A DNA stretch of 64,000 nucleotides from a virus. The stretch spans positions 1 through 64,000 of IMG/VR virus record IMGVR_UViG_3300023212_000537; one strand, 5' to 3'. The notes beneath the pieces are model-generated. The model did not search any database, had not been told where the DNA came from, and worked only from the letters and a program-made list of their open reading frames with translations. Numbering within the stretch: position 1 is the stretch's first letter; each line of letters opens with the position of its first letter. The position numbers were made by a program, and so were the translations under genes. Of the stretch, positions 1 through 7,909 are shown piece after piece.

Positions 1-218
1 TTTCATGCAGTGTAAGCGTTTCTACTAGATTTCTACAATACCCAAATTTCGCGAAATTTTGCCCCTATTTCAAAAGTTTTTCTCTTTTCCCACCAAATAT
101 ATGTCTTAAAGATTTTTTTGTCTAAAAAGGGGGCAGAACGCACTATAATCGTGAAATAATTATAAACTTGGCTTTTTCGCAGCAGATGATTAAAGTTACC
201 TTGCTATATAATAACACG

Positions 219-446
219 TCATTCCAGTAAATCAAATTCATTTTGTTGATTTAATAAATTTTCGGAATCGCTGACTTCAAATTTCTCATGAAGCTTTTGC
301 AGTATTGTATTTATATTTTGTTTTCTATACCAGTCTGGTAATTGATTCCATTTCCATTTTTCCCATGCAATTAATTTATGCTTTTTATCCACTTTTGGAT
401 CATGAAGAATTTGTAAAATTGCTCTCTTTTTGATAACATTTTTCAT
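219..446 (-). CDS. hypothetical protein (75 aa)
   Basis: ORF track; 4-nt overlap with upstream ORF 443..658 in a leftward operon; no motif recognised. Confidence 0.45.
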   Translation of the reverse strand: MKNVIKKRAILQILHDPKVDKKHKLIAWEKWKWNQLPDWYRKQNINTILQKLHEKFEVSDSENLLNQQNEFDLLE

Positions 447-658
447 AAAAGTTTTTGTAATTCACTAGTAATTGTTTCAATAGCGATATCATTCTCCGTT
501 TTCTCGATAATTTTTTCATCCGATCTTGAAAGTATGATTGGATCAATTTCCTTATTTTCTAAAAAAGGACGTTGTTTAATAAACAAATCAATTTTTTTCT
601 CAAGTCTGATAGATAACTGGTCGCAGAGATTTATAATTCTTTTAGTAGTTCTTTTCAT
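443..658 (-). CDS. hypothetical protein (71 aa)
   Basis: ORF track; 4-nt overlaps on both sides (helicase ORF upstream, 219..446 downstream). Confidence 0.45.
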   Translation of the reverse strand: MKRTTKRIINLCDQLSIRLEKKIDLFIKQRPFLENKEIDPIILSRSDEKIIEKTENDIAIETITSELQKLL

Positions 659-1479
659 ATACTCTCATAAATAAGTCCTCCTGGATGCTCATAGACAAAA
701 GAATAGGTATGTCCAGATATTCCTCGCCTGTTTTTCAAAACAGTCAATTTTACTAATTGTTTACCTACAGGATTTCCTTCTGTATCAAGTGCTTGAACTT
801 GATCACGTTGAATCATAAAACATAAATCAGCAACCATTGCAATTGATCCTGAACCTTTATATTCAAGATCTTTTGATCCATCCTTTGCCACTTTATTTGA
901 AATTTGCGATAATACCAAAATACAGCAATTCATTTCTTTTGCTAGTTTTTGTAATTCAATGGCAATATATGAAAGTCTCGCGTATTCATCAAGATTTCTT
1001 TTCAATTGAATATTCTGAATAAAATCAATAACAATGAATTCATACTCATTTTCGCGTATAGTCTTTTCCAGATCTTCGAGCAAATATATATCATCATAAA
1101 AATCCATATCCGCATCATACATAGCTACTTTCGCTTTTGCTTCACCTTTCCTATCGAACTCATCTGGCTTTAACAGCCCAGCAATAATTCTTGTCGGTTT
1201 AATATTGCACAATTGTCCCACAAGTCTTGCTACCAATAGTTCTCCTGATATTTCAAGTGAAAAATATGCGGTCTTAAATCCTTTTGAGGCTATCTGGTAA
1301 AGAATTTGTCCACCGAAAACAGATTTACCAATACCCGTAAACGCTCCTATTACAATCATTTCTTTTCGTAAAAACCCTCCGTCAAGAAATGTATCAAGAG
1401 CGATAAATCCTGTCGGAAGAAACTCAAGATTCTTTTTATTTTGCTCAATAGATTGTAAAATTTCTGATGCTTTTCTCAT
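655..1479 (-). CDS. DnaB-family replicative helicase, C-terminal RecA-fold ATPase domain only
   Basis: Walker A GAFTGIGKSVF, Walker B-like EFIVIDFIQ, then LVLSQISNK, in the order typical of the DnaB/RepA C-terminal domain; only 274 aa, no N-terminal DnaB domain. Confidence 0.7.
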   Translation of the reverse strand: MRKASEILQSIEQNKKNLEFLPTGFIALDTFLDGGFLRKEMIVIGAFTGIGKSVFGGQILYQIASKGFKTAYFSLEISGELLVARLVGQLCNIKPTRIIAGLLKPDEFDRKGEAKAKVAMYDADMDFYDDIYLLEDLEKTIRENEYEFIVIDFIQNIQLKRNLDEYARLSYIAIELQKLAKEMNCCILVLSQISNKVAKDGSKDLEYKGSGSIAMVADLCFMIQRDQVQALDTEGNPVGKQLVKLTVLKNRRGISGHTYSFVYEHPGGLIYESI

Positions 1480-1488
1480 TTTTAAAAT

Positions 1489-2253
1489 CTAAAAACTCTG
1501 ACCATGAAAGGAAAATTTTTCAATAAAACCTTTTTTTTTAGGATAATCCTTTCGAAGCGCATTTCTTAAAAATGCTTTATAGTTTTTATAGCGGCGGCCT
1601 TTAGCTATGCAGTAATCATTTAACTCAAGTCCCTTTGCTCGTATTTGCTCTTCTGTTGCTGTGATGGCGGCATTTTCTTGAAGTTCCCGAATATCTTCTA
1701 AGGGAATTTTTTTTAAAAATTCCTGAGATGAGTAAGGCGTTAATTTTTTAACGCCTTCGTCTCTCTTTATCTTATTTTCATTTATCTTATTATAGTTTGT
1801 TAGTGGTTTTTTAGTAGTTAGACTACTAGGTTTTAGTAGTTGGAATACTGAATTTTGGGAGTTGGGTATGACAAATCTAATCTGTCCTCCTCCTGATCTT
1901 ATTCGTCTGGAAGTTTTAATAAATTCCATTTTTTCCAATTTAGAGATAGCATTTGTGATCGAAGCTCTTGAGATATAGAGCATGTTTGCTATTTGATCAT
2001 TGGTAAAATAAAAACGTGCTGAGGCATTGCTAGTATAAAAATCTATGAATCCAAATACCAAAGCCTCGATAATCGTTAATCCTTTTTCTAATAAAACAGG
2101 GTAAACAGGAATAAATTTAGGGGAGAAAACCAGCTTTGCGTTAGAAGTATTTATTTCTATTTCTTGTTTCTCATTCTCATCATAGGTGAAGAGAAAATCT
2201 TGTGTGCTAGTTATATTTTCTTCCGTCGTGATTAATCCATTTGTTTTTTCCAT
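1489..2253 (-). CDS. replication-initiator-like winged-helix DNA-binding protein
   Basis: wHTH-like segment NDQIANMLYISRASITNAISKLEKMEFI; sits directly upstream of the helicase gene as in phage initiator/helicase-loader pairs; function inferred from context. Confidence 0.4.
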   Translation of the reverse strand: MEKTNGLITTEENITSTQDFLFTYDENEKQEIEINTSNAKLVFSPKFIPVYPVLLEKGLTIIEALVFGFIDFYTSNASARFYFTNDQIANMLYISRASITNAISKLEKMEFIKTSRRIRSGGGQIRFVIPNSQNSVFQLLKPSSLTTKKPLTNYNKINENKIKRDEGVKKLTPYSSQEFLKKIPLEDIRELQENAAITATEEQIRAKGLELNDYCIAKGRRYKNYKAFLRNALRKDYPKKKGFIEKFSFHGQSF

Positions 2254-2259
2254 AAAAAA

Positions 2260-2314
2260 ACACCGACTGGTGAAAGCGGTGTTTTATGTGGTTAGTATAC
2301 CACACTTCACCAGT
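2260..2314 (-). promoter_or_regulatory. leftward promoter plus leader hairpin/U-tract and inverted operator-like half-sites
   Basis: minus-strand extended -10 TGGTATACT (2294-2302). Leader hairpin ACACCG/CGGTGT (2260-2282) followed by U7 running into the ATG at 2253. ACTGGTGAA (2266-2274) and its inverse TTCACCAGT (2306-2314) bracket the -10. Confidence 0.5.
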
Positions 2315-2404
2315 TTTTAAAATATAGTGTTTTTTTTAAACAATGTAAATATATCAGACTATACCAAAAAAATGCGAGTTAACACATGATTTCGTGCGTA
2401 TCAA

Positions 2405-2433
2405 TTGACCAAAACGCTGCTATATATTATAAT
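2405..2433 (+). promoter_or_regulatory. sigma70-like promoter of the Fic gene (leaderless configuration)
   Basis: TTGACC (2405-2410), 17 nt, TATAAT (2428-2433); ATG at 2441, only 7 nt after the -10. Confidence 0.6.
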
Positions 2434-2440
2434 TTCTCTA

Positions 2441-2944
2441 ATGGAGAATCTGGATCTATTCCTCAAAGAAAGCAATGCCATTGAAGACGTGTGGGATGAA
2501 GGATCGCTTTTACAGGCTAAAAGAGCATGGAATTTCCTCATCCGTTCAAAAAAGCTTTCAGAAAAAAATATTTTATGGATGCACCGAATTCTTATGAAAG
2601 ATCATTTGCCCAAAAAGAATCGCGGCGCATACAGGCGGCAGGCAGTTTATGTCGGGGGAAAGGAAAAACTGTTTTATCAGGAAATTCCCCGCGCTATAAC
2701 CGAATGGATAGAAAAAGCAAATAAATCAATAAGCGAATCTGAAATACTTGCCGATCATATTGCGTTTGAAGAAATTCATCCGTTTATTGATGGAAACGGA
2801 AGAAGCGGGCGGATTTTTTTAAATTACATGCGAGTGAAAAGAGGATTGCCTGTTTTTGTTTTTTATGAAAAGACAAAACAGACAGCCTATTATCCTTTAT
2901 TTCGAAAACGGGAAATTCTTGTTTCCCATATGCCTTTTATATAA
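2441..2944 (+). CDS. Fic/DOC family protein
   Basis: HPFIDGNGRSGR matches the Fic motif HxFx(D/E)GNGRxxR; start moved from TTG 2405 to ATG 2441 (MENLDLF) because 2405-2433 is a promoter. Confidence 0.85.
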   Translation: MENLDLFLKESNAIEDVWDEGSLLQAKRAWNFLIRSKKLSEKNILWMHRILMKDHLPKKNRGAYRRQAVYVGGKEKLFYQEIPRAITEWIEKANKSISESEILADHIAFEEIHPFIDGNGRSGRIFLNYMRVKRGLPVFVFYEKTKQTAYYPLFRKREILVSHMPFI

Positions 2945-3486
2945 TGTTGACAAAAGTCATTCCTAACAAACAACTTCCCAACGCTTTGGCCGCCTATGTA
3001 CGAAATTTGAAAAAAAGTGAAGAAAAAACACAAAAAGTGCCCTTACTTCCTATTGATCCCAAGCTTCCCTTTTGCATTATTATTGACATTGATCAAACGC
3101 TTGCAATTCGGGGGAATCGAGGCATATTTGAGTTTGAAAAAGCATTAGAGGATACGATCAATCCGTATCTTGTTCAATTACTTATTTATCTTTCCAAAGG
3201 AAGAGACCCCAATTACTTTTTGTTTTTATTTTTTTTCACAGGAAGAGAAGGAAAATATCGGGAAGTAACAACGAACTGGCTGCATAAAAACAATATTGCT
3301 TTTGACCAGTTATACATGCGCGAAACAGGAGATCTGAAAACAAAAGCAGCAGATTTAAAAGAAAATCTCTATATTACCCATATCGCGCATAAATATAATG
3401 TATTGTGCGCTATTGATGATGATTTGTCGGTAATAGATAAATTCCAAAGTTTAGGAATATATACTATGCTTGTAGATCCGCAGTAA
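2944..3486 (+). CDS. HAD-superfamily phosphatase-like protein
   Basis: IIIDIDQTLA (DxDxT), FFTGREG, a lysine, then AIDDD, in the canonical HAD motif I-IV order; TAATG overlap with Fic. Confidence 0.5.
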   Translation: MLTKVIPNKQLPNALAAYVRNLKKSEEKTQKVPLLPIDPKLPFCIIIDIDQTLAIRGNRGIFEFEKALEDTINPYLVQLLIYLSKGRDPNYFLFLFFFTGREGKYREVTTNWLHKNNIAFDQLYMRETGDLKTKAADLKENLYITHIAHKYNVLCAIDDDLSVIDKFQSLGIYTMLVDPQ

Positions 3487-3502
3487 CAATTAAATAAAGT
3501 GC

Positions 3503-4039
3503 TTATTCTTTAACTTTCTTCATTAAATCATTCATTTGCTCACTATATTTTTGCAGATTCTCCTGCATTTGGTTTAGTTGATGTTCTATGATAGTTGTAG
3601 AAACCTGAGCAACTGCATTTACTTTCGCAATCTGCGCAGTACCTTGTGAAAGGGCGGAAATCGCCATGCTGTTCCACGCAAGAAATGATTGCCAGCGTGC
3701 TTTCTCATCAAGGCTCATTACTTTTGTATTAAGATTAACTGCTTCAAAATTAGCCATTTGTATCTGTCTATTTGCGAGATCATGCCTTGATTCAGCATGA
3801 CGAAGTTGATCTACTCCCTCAACTACTTTATAGCCAACTTGATGTTCTGAAATAAGATATCTTTGTTTTTCTTTTGCCAACTTCATGCGGGCTTTATATA
3901 TAGAACTTCTATTTTTTAAAATATCCTCATGAATAGCTTGCGATAATTCTTCAAATGATATAATAGTTCCTGCTTCTTTATCTTTTATATAGTCGTAGAT
4001 TAACTTCCATAAAGCTATATTTCCTTTTGGTGTAAACAT
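3503..4039 (-). CDS. hypothetical protein (178 aa)
   Basis: ORF track; AGGAAGGAA-type SD 6-14 nt upstream of the ATG; coiled-coil-like C-terminus. Confidence 0.6.
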   Translation of the reverse strand: MFTPKGNIALWKLIYDYIKDKEAGTIISFEELSQAIHEDILKNRSSIYKARMKLAKEKQRYLISEHQVGYKVVEGVDQLRHAESRHDLANRQIQMANFEAVNLNTKVMSLDEKARWQSFLAWNSMAISALSQGTAQIAKVNAVAQVSTTIIEHQLNQMQENLQKYSEQMNDLMKKVKE

Positions 4040-4060
4040 ATATATTCCTTCCTTTTTTTT

Positions 4061-4219
4061 AAATACCTAACCCAACTTGACTCGACCTAGCCAAACGCAA
4101 CATAACGAAACCTACCATAACCTAACTGAACGCTACAGAACTAAACTAACCCTAACTCAACACAACACAACTTAACACAACGAAACTCGATTCAACTCAA
4201 CTCAACATAACACAAAAAC
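4061..4219. repeat. strand-asymmetric low-complexity tract (A/C-rich and G-poor on +, G/U-rich and C-poor on -)
   Basis: runs such as caacacaacacaacttaacacaacgaaactcgattcaactcaactcaacataacac; lies between two leftward genes, so it would be the 5' leader of 3503..4039. Confidence 0.7.
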
Positions 4220-4636
4220 TTATATAGATTCGAAAGTTTGAATTTCAAATCTTCCATAAGGGCCTGGTTTGCGAGGAGAAGAAGGACGTGAATCCCCAAG
4301 TCCCGCTACAAAACCAGCATTTTTTAAAATATCAAATATATCTTGTTTTGTAAGCTGTTCATTTATAAGACTTAGATTAAATTCAATTGTCCATCCAGAA
4401 GGTAATGTTGTTCTTGTTCTATCTATTCTTCGTCCCAAAACTACTGCTCCAACTGTTGATGTCCATCCATTTTTCTCAACATCATCCAAAGTAATTTTTG
4501 CATTATTAACTTTAATCTCCGCTTCAAAAGAATCAATTAAAATACTTGGATAAATCAAGCGAGACATAAAATATTTTCCCTTTTTAATTCCTTTACTACC
4601 ATTAAAAAGACAAGCAAGTATATTCATTGTTGGCAT
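4220..4636 (-). CDS. hypothetical protein; frame stays open 57 codons upstream without a start (probable frameshifted gene 4220..4809)
   Basis: ORF track 138 aa. The same frame is open to 4816. An ATG at 4809 (MEK..) is in the -1-related frame across an A7 run (4799-4805 on +). Confidence 0.55.
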   Translation of the reverse strand: MPTMNILACLFNGSKGIKKGKYFMSRLIYPSILIDSFEAEIKVNNAKITLDDVEKNGWTSTVGAVVLGRRIDRTRTTLPSGWTIEFNLSLINEQLTKQDIFDILKNAGFVAGLGDSRPSSPRKPGPYGRFEIQTFESI

Positions 4637-4882
4637 TACAAGATTGCCTTGTAAATTAAGATGTGTGGTTTTTTTCCATTCTTCCGAATATTTTTTATAA
4701 ACATTTCCTCTAGATGATGTTGTTATAGGAATAGAAACAGTTCCTGTTATATATTTGTGAATAATAAGAGGCGCAGTACCTTTTAAAACAATTCTATATT
4801 TTTTTCCATTATTAAATCAATATTAACACAATTTTATCAAATAGCAAGTGGTATTTTACTCATAGAAGTCTAAAAAGGGAGG

Positions 4883-4911
4883 TTGACAAACAAGGAAAAA
4901 TTATTTATAAG
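4883..4911 (+). promoter_or_regulatory. sigma70-like promoter
   Basis: TTGACA (4883-4888), 17 nt, TATAAG (4906-4911), upstream of the small ORF at 4955. Confidence 0.5.
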
Positions 4912-4954
4912 AGAAAGACTTGGGAAGCCATCTTGTTAGATAGGAGGTGAATAT

Positions 4955-5134
4955 ATGACTGTTGAGGATGTCGTATTGGGATCGATACAATCGCCTTTTG
5001 GAAAATTTTTACTTACCCTTATTGCGCTTGGTTTGGGACTGCTTTTACTTACTTTTCTGCCTGAGATTATCGGTATTATTGTTATCGGCATTGGGATATA
5101 TATTGCCCTTCATTATCTAGGGCATTTTTTATAA
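4955..5134 (+). CDS. small membrane protein (59 aa, two hydrophobic helices)
   Basis: below the ORF-track cutoff; GGAGGTG SD 6 nt upstream of the ATG; MTVEDVVLGSIQSPFGKFLLTLIALGLGLLLLTFLPEIIGIIVIGIGIYIALHYLGHFL; TAATG overlap with the next gene. Confidence 0.6.
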   Translation: MTVEDVVLGSIQSPFGKFLLTLIALGLGLLLLTFLPEIIGIIVIGIGIYIALHYLGHFL

Positions 5135-5469
5135 TGCGAAGAATAGGAATTGATTATTGGGAAACAATTTCCCAAGATCCGAAATTGTATTGTGATTTTA
5201 CTCAGGCGCTTATTGATAATCTGTGGGAAGTGTATATTATATCTGCCACTTCAGAGGCGGATGAAAAAAGAATTTTTCATGAAATTAGCGCTCTTTTTAT
5301 TCCTCATACAGTCATATCTGTTATCGTTTGTGAGGGCGAGGAGGTTATTTCCGAAAAACTCGCATATGCGCAGAATTACAACTTAGATATGTTTATTGAT
5401 AACAGAGAAGATGTTTGCGCAGTACTTCGTAAACACGGGATTCTTACTTTTCACGCGATAGCACTTTAA
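5134..5469 (+). CDS. hypothetical protein (111 aa)
   Basis: ORF track; translationally coupled to 4955..5134. Confidence 0.55.
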   Translation: MRRIGIDYWETISQDPKLYCDFTQALIDNLWEVYIISATSEADEKRIFHEISALFIPHTVISVIVCEGEEVISEKLAYAQNYNLDMFIDNREDVCAVLRKHGILTFHAIAL

Positions 5470-5637
5470 AAAAAACATGGATGTATATTATAGGCAAACA
5501 CAGGTTCATAAAAACGACTATTTTGAAAAAAATATTACTCTGCTTCTTATTCTTATAATCGTTATTGCTTTTTTTCTTCTTTTATACGGAATTCCCTAAA
5601 GATAAAATAAGCAATTTCCTAAAAGCCATATATGGAA

Positions 5638-5882
5638 TTATTACAATCCGAAGTTGCGAGCCATTTATGAATTTATTACATATACAACATGCGAGAAAAA
5701 AGCCGAATCAGTTTTTTTTACAGTCAAGAAATGCGAAGTCAGGTTAAATTTTATTACAGGTAGATATTGCGAGCCAAGTATGTTTTTATTACGGACACCT
5801 CACGCGAGCCAAAAGTATAGTTTATTACAATTGCGGTATGCGAGCCATAAGAATATTTATTACAACTGTATAATGCGATACT
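5638..5882 (+). repeat. bipartite-repeat array 1 (7 units, ~35-bp period)
   Basis: units TTATTACA-N9-TGCGAGCC-N9. For example, 5638-5645 TTATTACA and 5655-5662 TGCGAGCC. Unit 2 has TGCGAG-AAAAAA-GCC. The last box TGCGATAC ends 1 nt before the ATG at 5883. Confidence 0.9.
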
Positions 5883-6266
5883 ATGAAAGTATATGAAGAA
5901 GTATCAGGGAAGGTGCGAGACAGCGAAGATATTGCTTTGGCTGAGAAAATTGTGTATTTGCGGAAAAAGAATGATCCCTGGCTTGTTATTGATGTATTGA
6001 TTACCGCATGGGCAAAACGATTCCCCGATGAACAGGAAGCACTTATGGTTTCTATTAAAGATCAGAAAGAAACGCTTTTTGATCCAAAATTTGCCCAAAC
6101 AAAAGAAGGAAAAGCTATGGAAAGACGGTTTATTTTGATTTTTCCTCTACGGCTTCAGAGTATGATCAGAACGCAATATAACAGGGAAGAACTTCCGTTT
6201 GATTCAGCCTTTTTCAAGAAATTTGCATTAAAGTACAAAGCGTTTCAATTGCCTGAAAAGTTGTAA
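5883..6266 (+). CDS. hypothetical protein (127 aa)
   Basis: ORF track; no SD; TATAAT (5869-5874) lies 8 nt before the ATG, suggesting a leaderless mRNA. Confidence 0.6.
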   Translation: MKVYEEVSGKVRDSEDIALAEKIVYLRKKNDPWLVIDVLITAWAKRFPDEQEALMVSIKDQKETLFDPKFAQTKEGKAMERRFILIFPLRLQSMIRTQYNREELPFDSAFFKKFALKYKAFQLPEKL

Positions 6267-6273
6267 ATATCCT

Positions 6274-6702
6274 TTAGGGATTTTCCTGTAAAAATGTTAG
6301 AAAATCCTCCTTTTTTACATAATATTTACCTTCGAATATTCCTCCTGTTTTTCCTTGATACCACGCATCAAAAAGAGATTTTCTTTCTCCTAAAAAGGAG
6401 AGAATATCAGAAAGATAATATCCTCTTATTCCTTTGTCATCAATTTCCAAAAGGGCACCAGGAGGCGATTTTCGTAAAAGTGTATTTATCTCCGCGATTT
6501 TTGCGTTAAGCGTATGAATTTCTTTTAGCACTTCCTGTAATTTTTCTTCCAGAGTTTCTTTTTTTCTCTGTTTTTCCCAACGGACAGCAACAGCCTTTTT
6601 AGCTATTGCACTACGTTGTTCTGCGCTTAATTTTTCAGCTCGCGCTTGCCCCCCATGTACTCCGCCAAGACGACGACTTGCGAGAGCTTTCTCATCTAGC
6701 AT
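6274..6702 (-). CDS. hypothetical protein (142 aa)
   Basis: ORF track; basic N-terminus GGVHGGQARAEKLSAEQRSAIAKKAVAVRW followed by a coiled coil. Confidence 0.6.
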   Translation of the reverse strand: MLDEKALASRRLGGVHGGQARAEKLSAEQRSAIAKKAVAVRWEKQRKKETLEEKLQEVLKEIHTLNAKIAEINTLLRKSPPGALLEIDDKGIRGYYLSDILSFLGERKSLFDAWYQGKTGGIFEGKYYVKKEDFLTFLQENP

Positions 6703-6733
6703 AATTTGTTTTCAATGGGCAGGAGAGAAACCG

Positions 6734-7330
6734 TTAATAGAGCCGTTTCTGCAATAAAACAGGAACACGAAAATTCAGTACATCTTCAAATTGTCGAAGA
6801 TAATCCCTTACCGATGTTCTTCTTGTTAAAGAAAGCGAATTTTTTTCCAGTTTTTCCAGAAACTTCTTTTGATCTATTTTAGAAAAAATCTGAGAAAGTG
6901 CTCTTAGAAAATCCCGATCCCGCCATGCAAATCCTTCACAGTGTTTTCGCAGCTCATTTACAAATGATGCCATGTTTTCTGCCTTTTCGTGATTTTCAAA
7001 AGCAAACTTTCCCTGACGAAATTCCCGTATGTGTTTTTGGGGCGACATAAAATTACCCGTTGCATAAAGCAGCGCATACGGCACTGAGAAAGAATACGTT
7101 TTTGCAAATTCCGATAAATCAATATATTGACTATATCCTAAACTTATATACGAATGAAGATAGTCTCCCGTTGTCCACGGGCGGATATTCTGGTTTAACA
7201 AACGTACTTCATGTAAAGACGCACTATCATCAATAATATAATAAATAGGAATATGCAGTTCTTTTGCCACTTCCAGTCGGTGTTGTCCGTCAATGACTTC
7301 AAACTTGGCGATATATCCTAGGCTGGGAAC
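6734..7330 (-). pseudogene. 5'-truncated paralog of the ParB/Srx-like gene 10622..11368
   Basis: the frame reads VPSLGYIAKFEVIDGQHRLEVAKELHIPIYYII.., colinear with residues ~50 onward of the 248-aa paralog (GEIIDGQHRLLAAKALAIPIYYII). A stop lies at 7331-7333. There is no ATG/GTG/TTG before the GTG at 7270, which is downstream of the DGQHR motif. Confidence 0.6.
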
Positions 7331-7350
7331 CTAGCATACTAAAATATCTA

Positions 7351-7379
7351 TTGACAACCAATAATTTTTAAGCTAAGAT
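7351..7379 (+). promoter_or_regulatory. sigma70-like promoter (orphan, rightward)
   Basis: TTGACA (7351-7356), 17 nt, TAAGAT (7374-7379); the ATCTATTGACAA context is shared with the leftward promoter at 12350. Confidence 0.5.
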
Positions 7380-7385
7380 GTGAAT

Positions 7386-7536
7386 GATTACTTCACCCGC
7401 CAAAAAAGGCGGGGTCTTTGTAAATAAAGCTACTACTTGTAATTTATTTCCTTCTCTTTTATACTTTTTTTGTCTGTTTGTTATGGCGCGTAACACAGAT
7501 TAAGGAGAGCTTTTTTATGGCTCTCCTTATTTTTCC
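7386..7536 (+). ncRNA. candidate ~150-nt small RNA (promoter to intrinsic terminator, no ORF)
   Basis: predicted TSS ~7386. 5' hairpin CCCGCC-A6-GGCGGG (7396-7413). Terminator AAGGAGAGC/GCTCTCCTT (7502-7528) followed by ATTTTT. No + strand coding gene lies upstream. Confidence 0.35.
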
Positions 7537-7909
7537 TCGCATACTTGCTATGTAATAAATTACTATGTTGGCTTGCATGAGCGACGTGTAGTAAAGTTAG
7601 TTGTGGCTCGCAACAATCTCCTGAAGCAATCCTACTCATGGCTACACGCATACGATTTGCGTAATAAATGTCACTATGGCTCGCATGAAGTACCTGTTTA
7701 TAAAAGTTTGTTCTGGCTTACGCAATTTGTTAGTGTAATAAAGCTAGCTTTGGCTTTTTACGCAATAATAGTATGAAATAATTTTGGTTATGGCTTTTCG
7801 CATGAGTCAAGTGTAATAAAAATCCTTATGGCTCGCAAAATAGGTTTGAAACAATACTTCTATTGGCTACGCAAAATTATTGTTGTAGTAATTTTTGCTT
7901 TGGCTTCTA
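7535..7909 (-). repeat. bipartite-repeat array 2 (~12 units, minus orientation)
   Basis: on + it reads GGCT(N0-5)CGCA-N9-TGTAATAA-N9, e.g. 7604-7611 ggctcgca and 7551-7558 tgtaataa. The first AGCC box overlaps the recG stop codon (7907-7909). Inserts between the half-boxes include T, TA, AAA, TAAAA, TGT. Confidence 0.9.

Noticed and set aside
4130-4160. The telomere-like AACCCTAAC within the A/C-rich tract
   Set aside because: It is a single copy inside a generally A/C-rich low-complexity region, with no tandem CCCTAA repeats.
5638-5882. Each unit as a tandem sigma70 promoter (box 1 as -35, or TTGCGA as -35 with TATTAC as -10)
   Set aside because: With box 1 as the -35, the -10 position falls in a variable block that only sometimes starts TA. 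With TTGCGA as the -35, the spacing to TATTAC is ~14 nt, which is too short. Only the terminal units of arrays 1 and 5 give acceptable promoters.
5638-5882. Box 1 (TTATTACA / TTATTTCAC) as DnaA boxes (TTATNCACA)
   Set aside because: It matches only 6-7 of 9 positions, with a missing base in the main variant, and it does not explain the equally conserved TGCG..AGCCAT box. It is kept only as a remote possibility.
5654-5896. ORF-track ORFs running through the arrays (5565..5747, 5654..5896, 7573..7776, 17782..18063, and the 5' part of 20812..21477)
   Set aside because: The boxes contain no stop codons in several frames, and the 35-bp period shifts frame every unit. The peptides are non-repetitive junk with no SD, so these are artefacts of the repeat.
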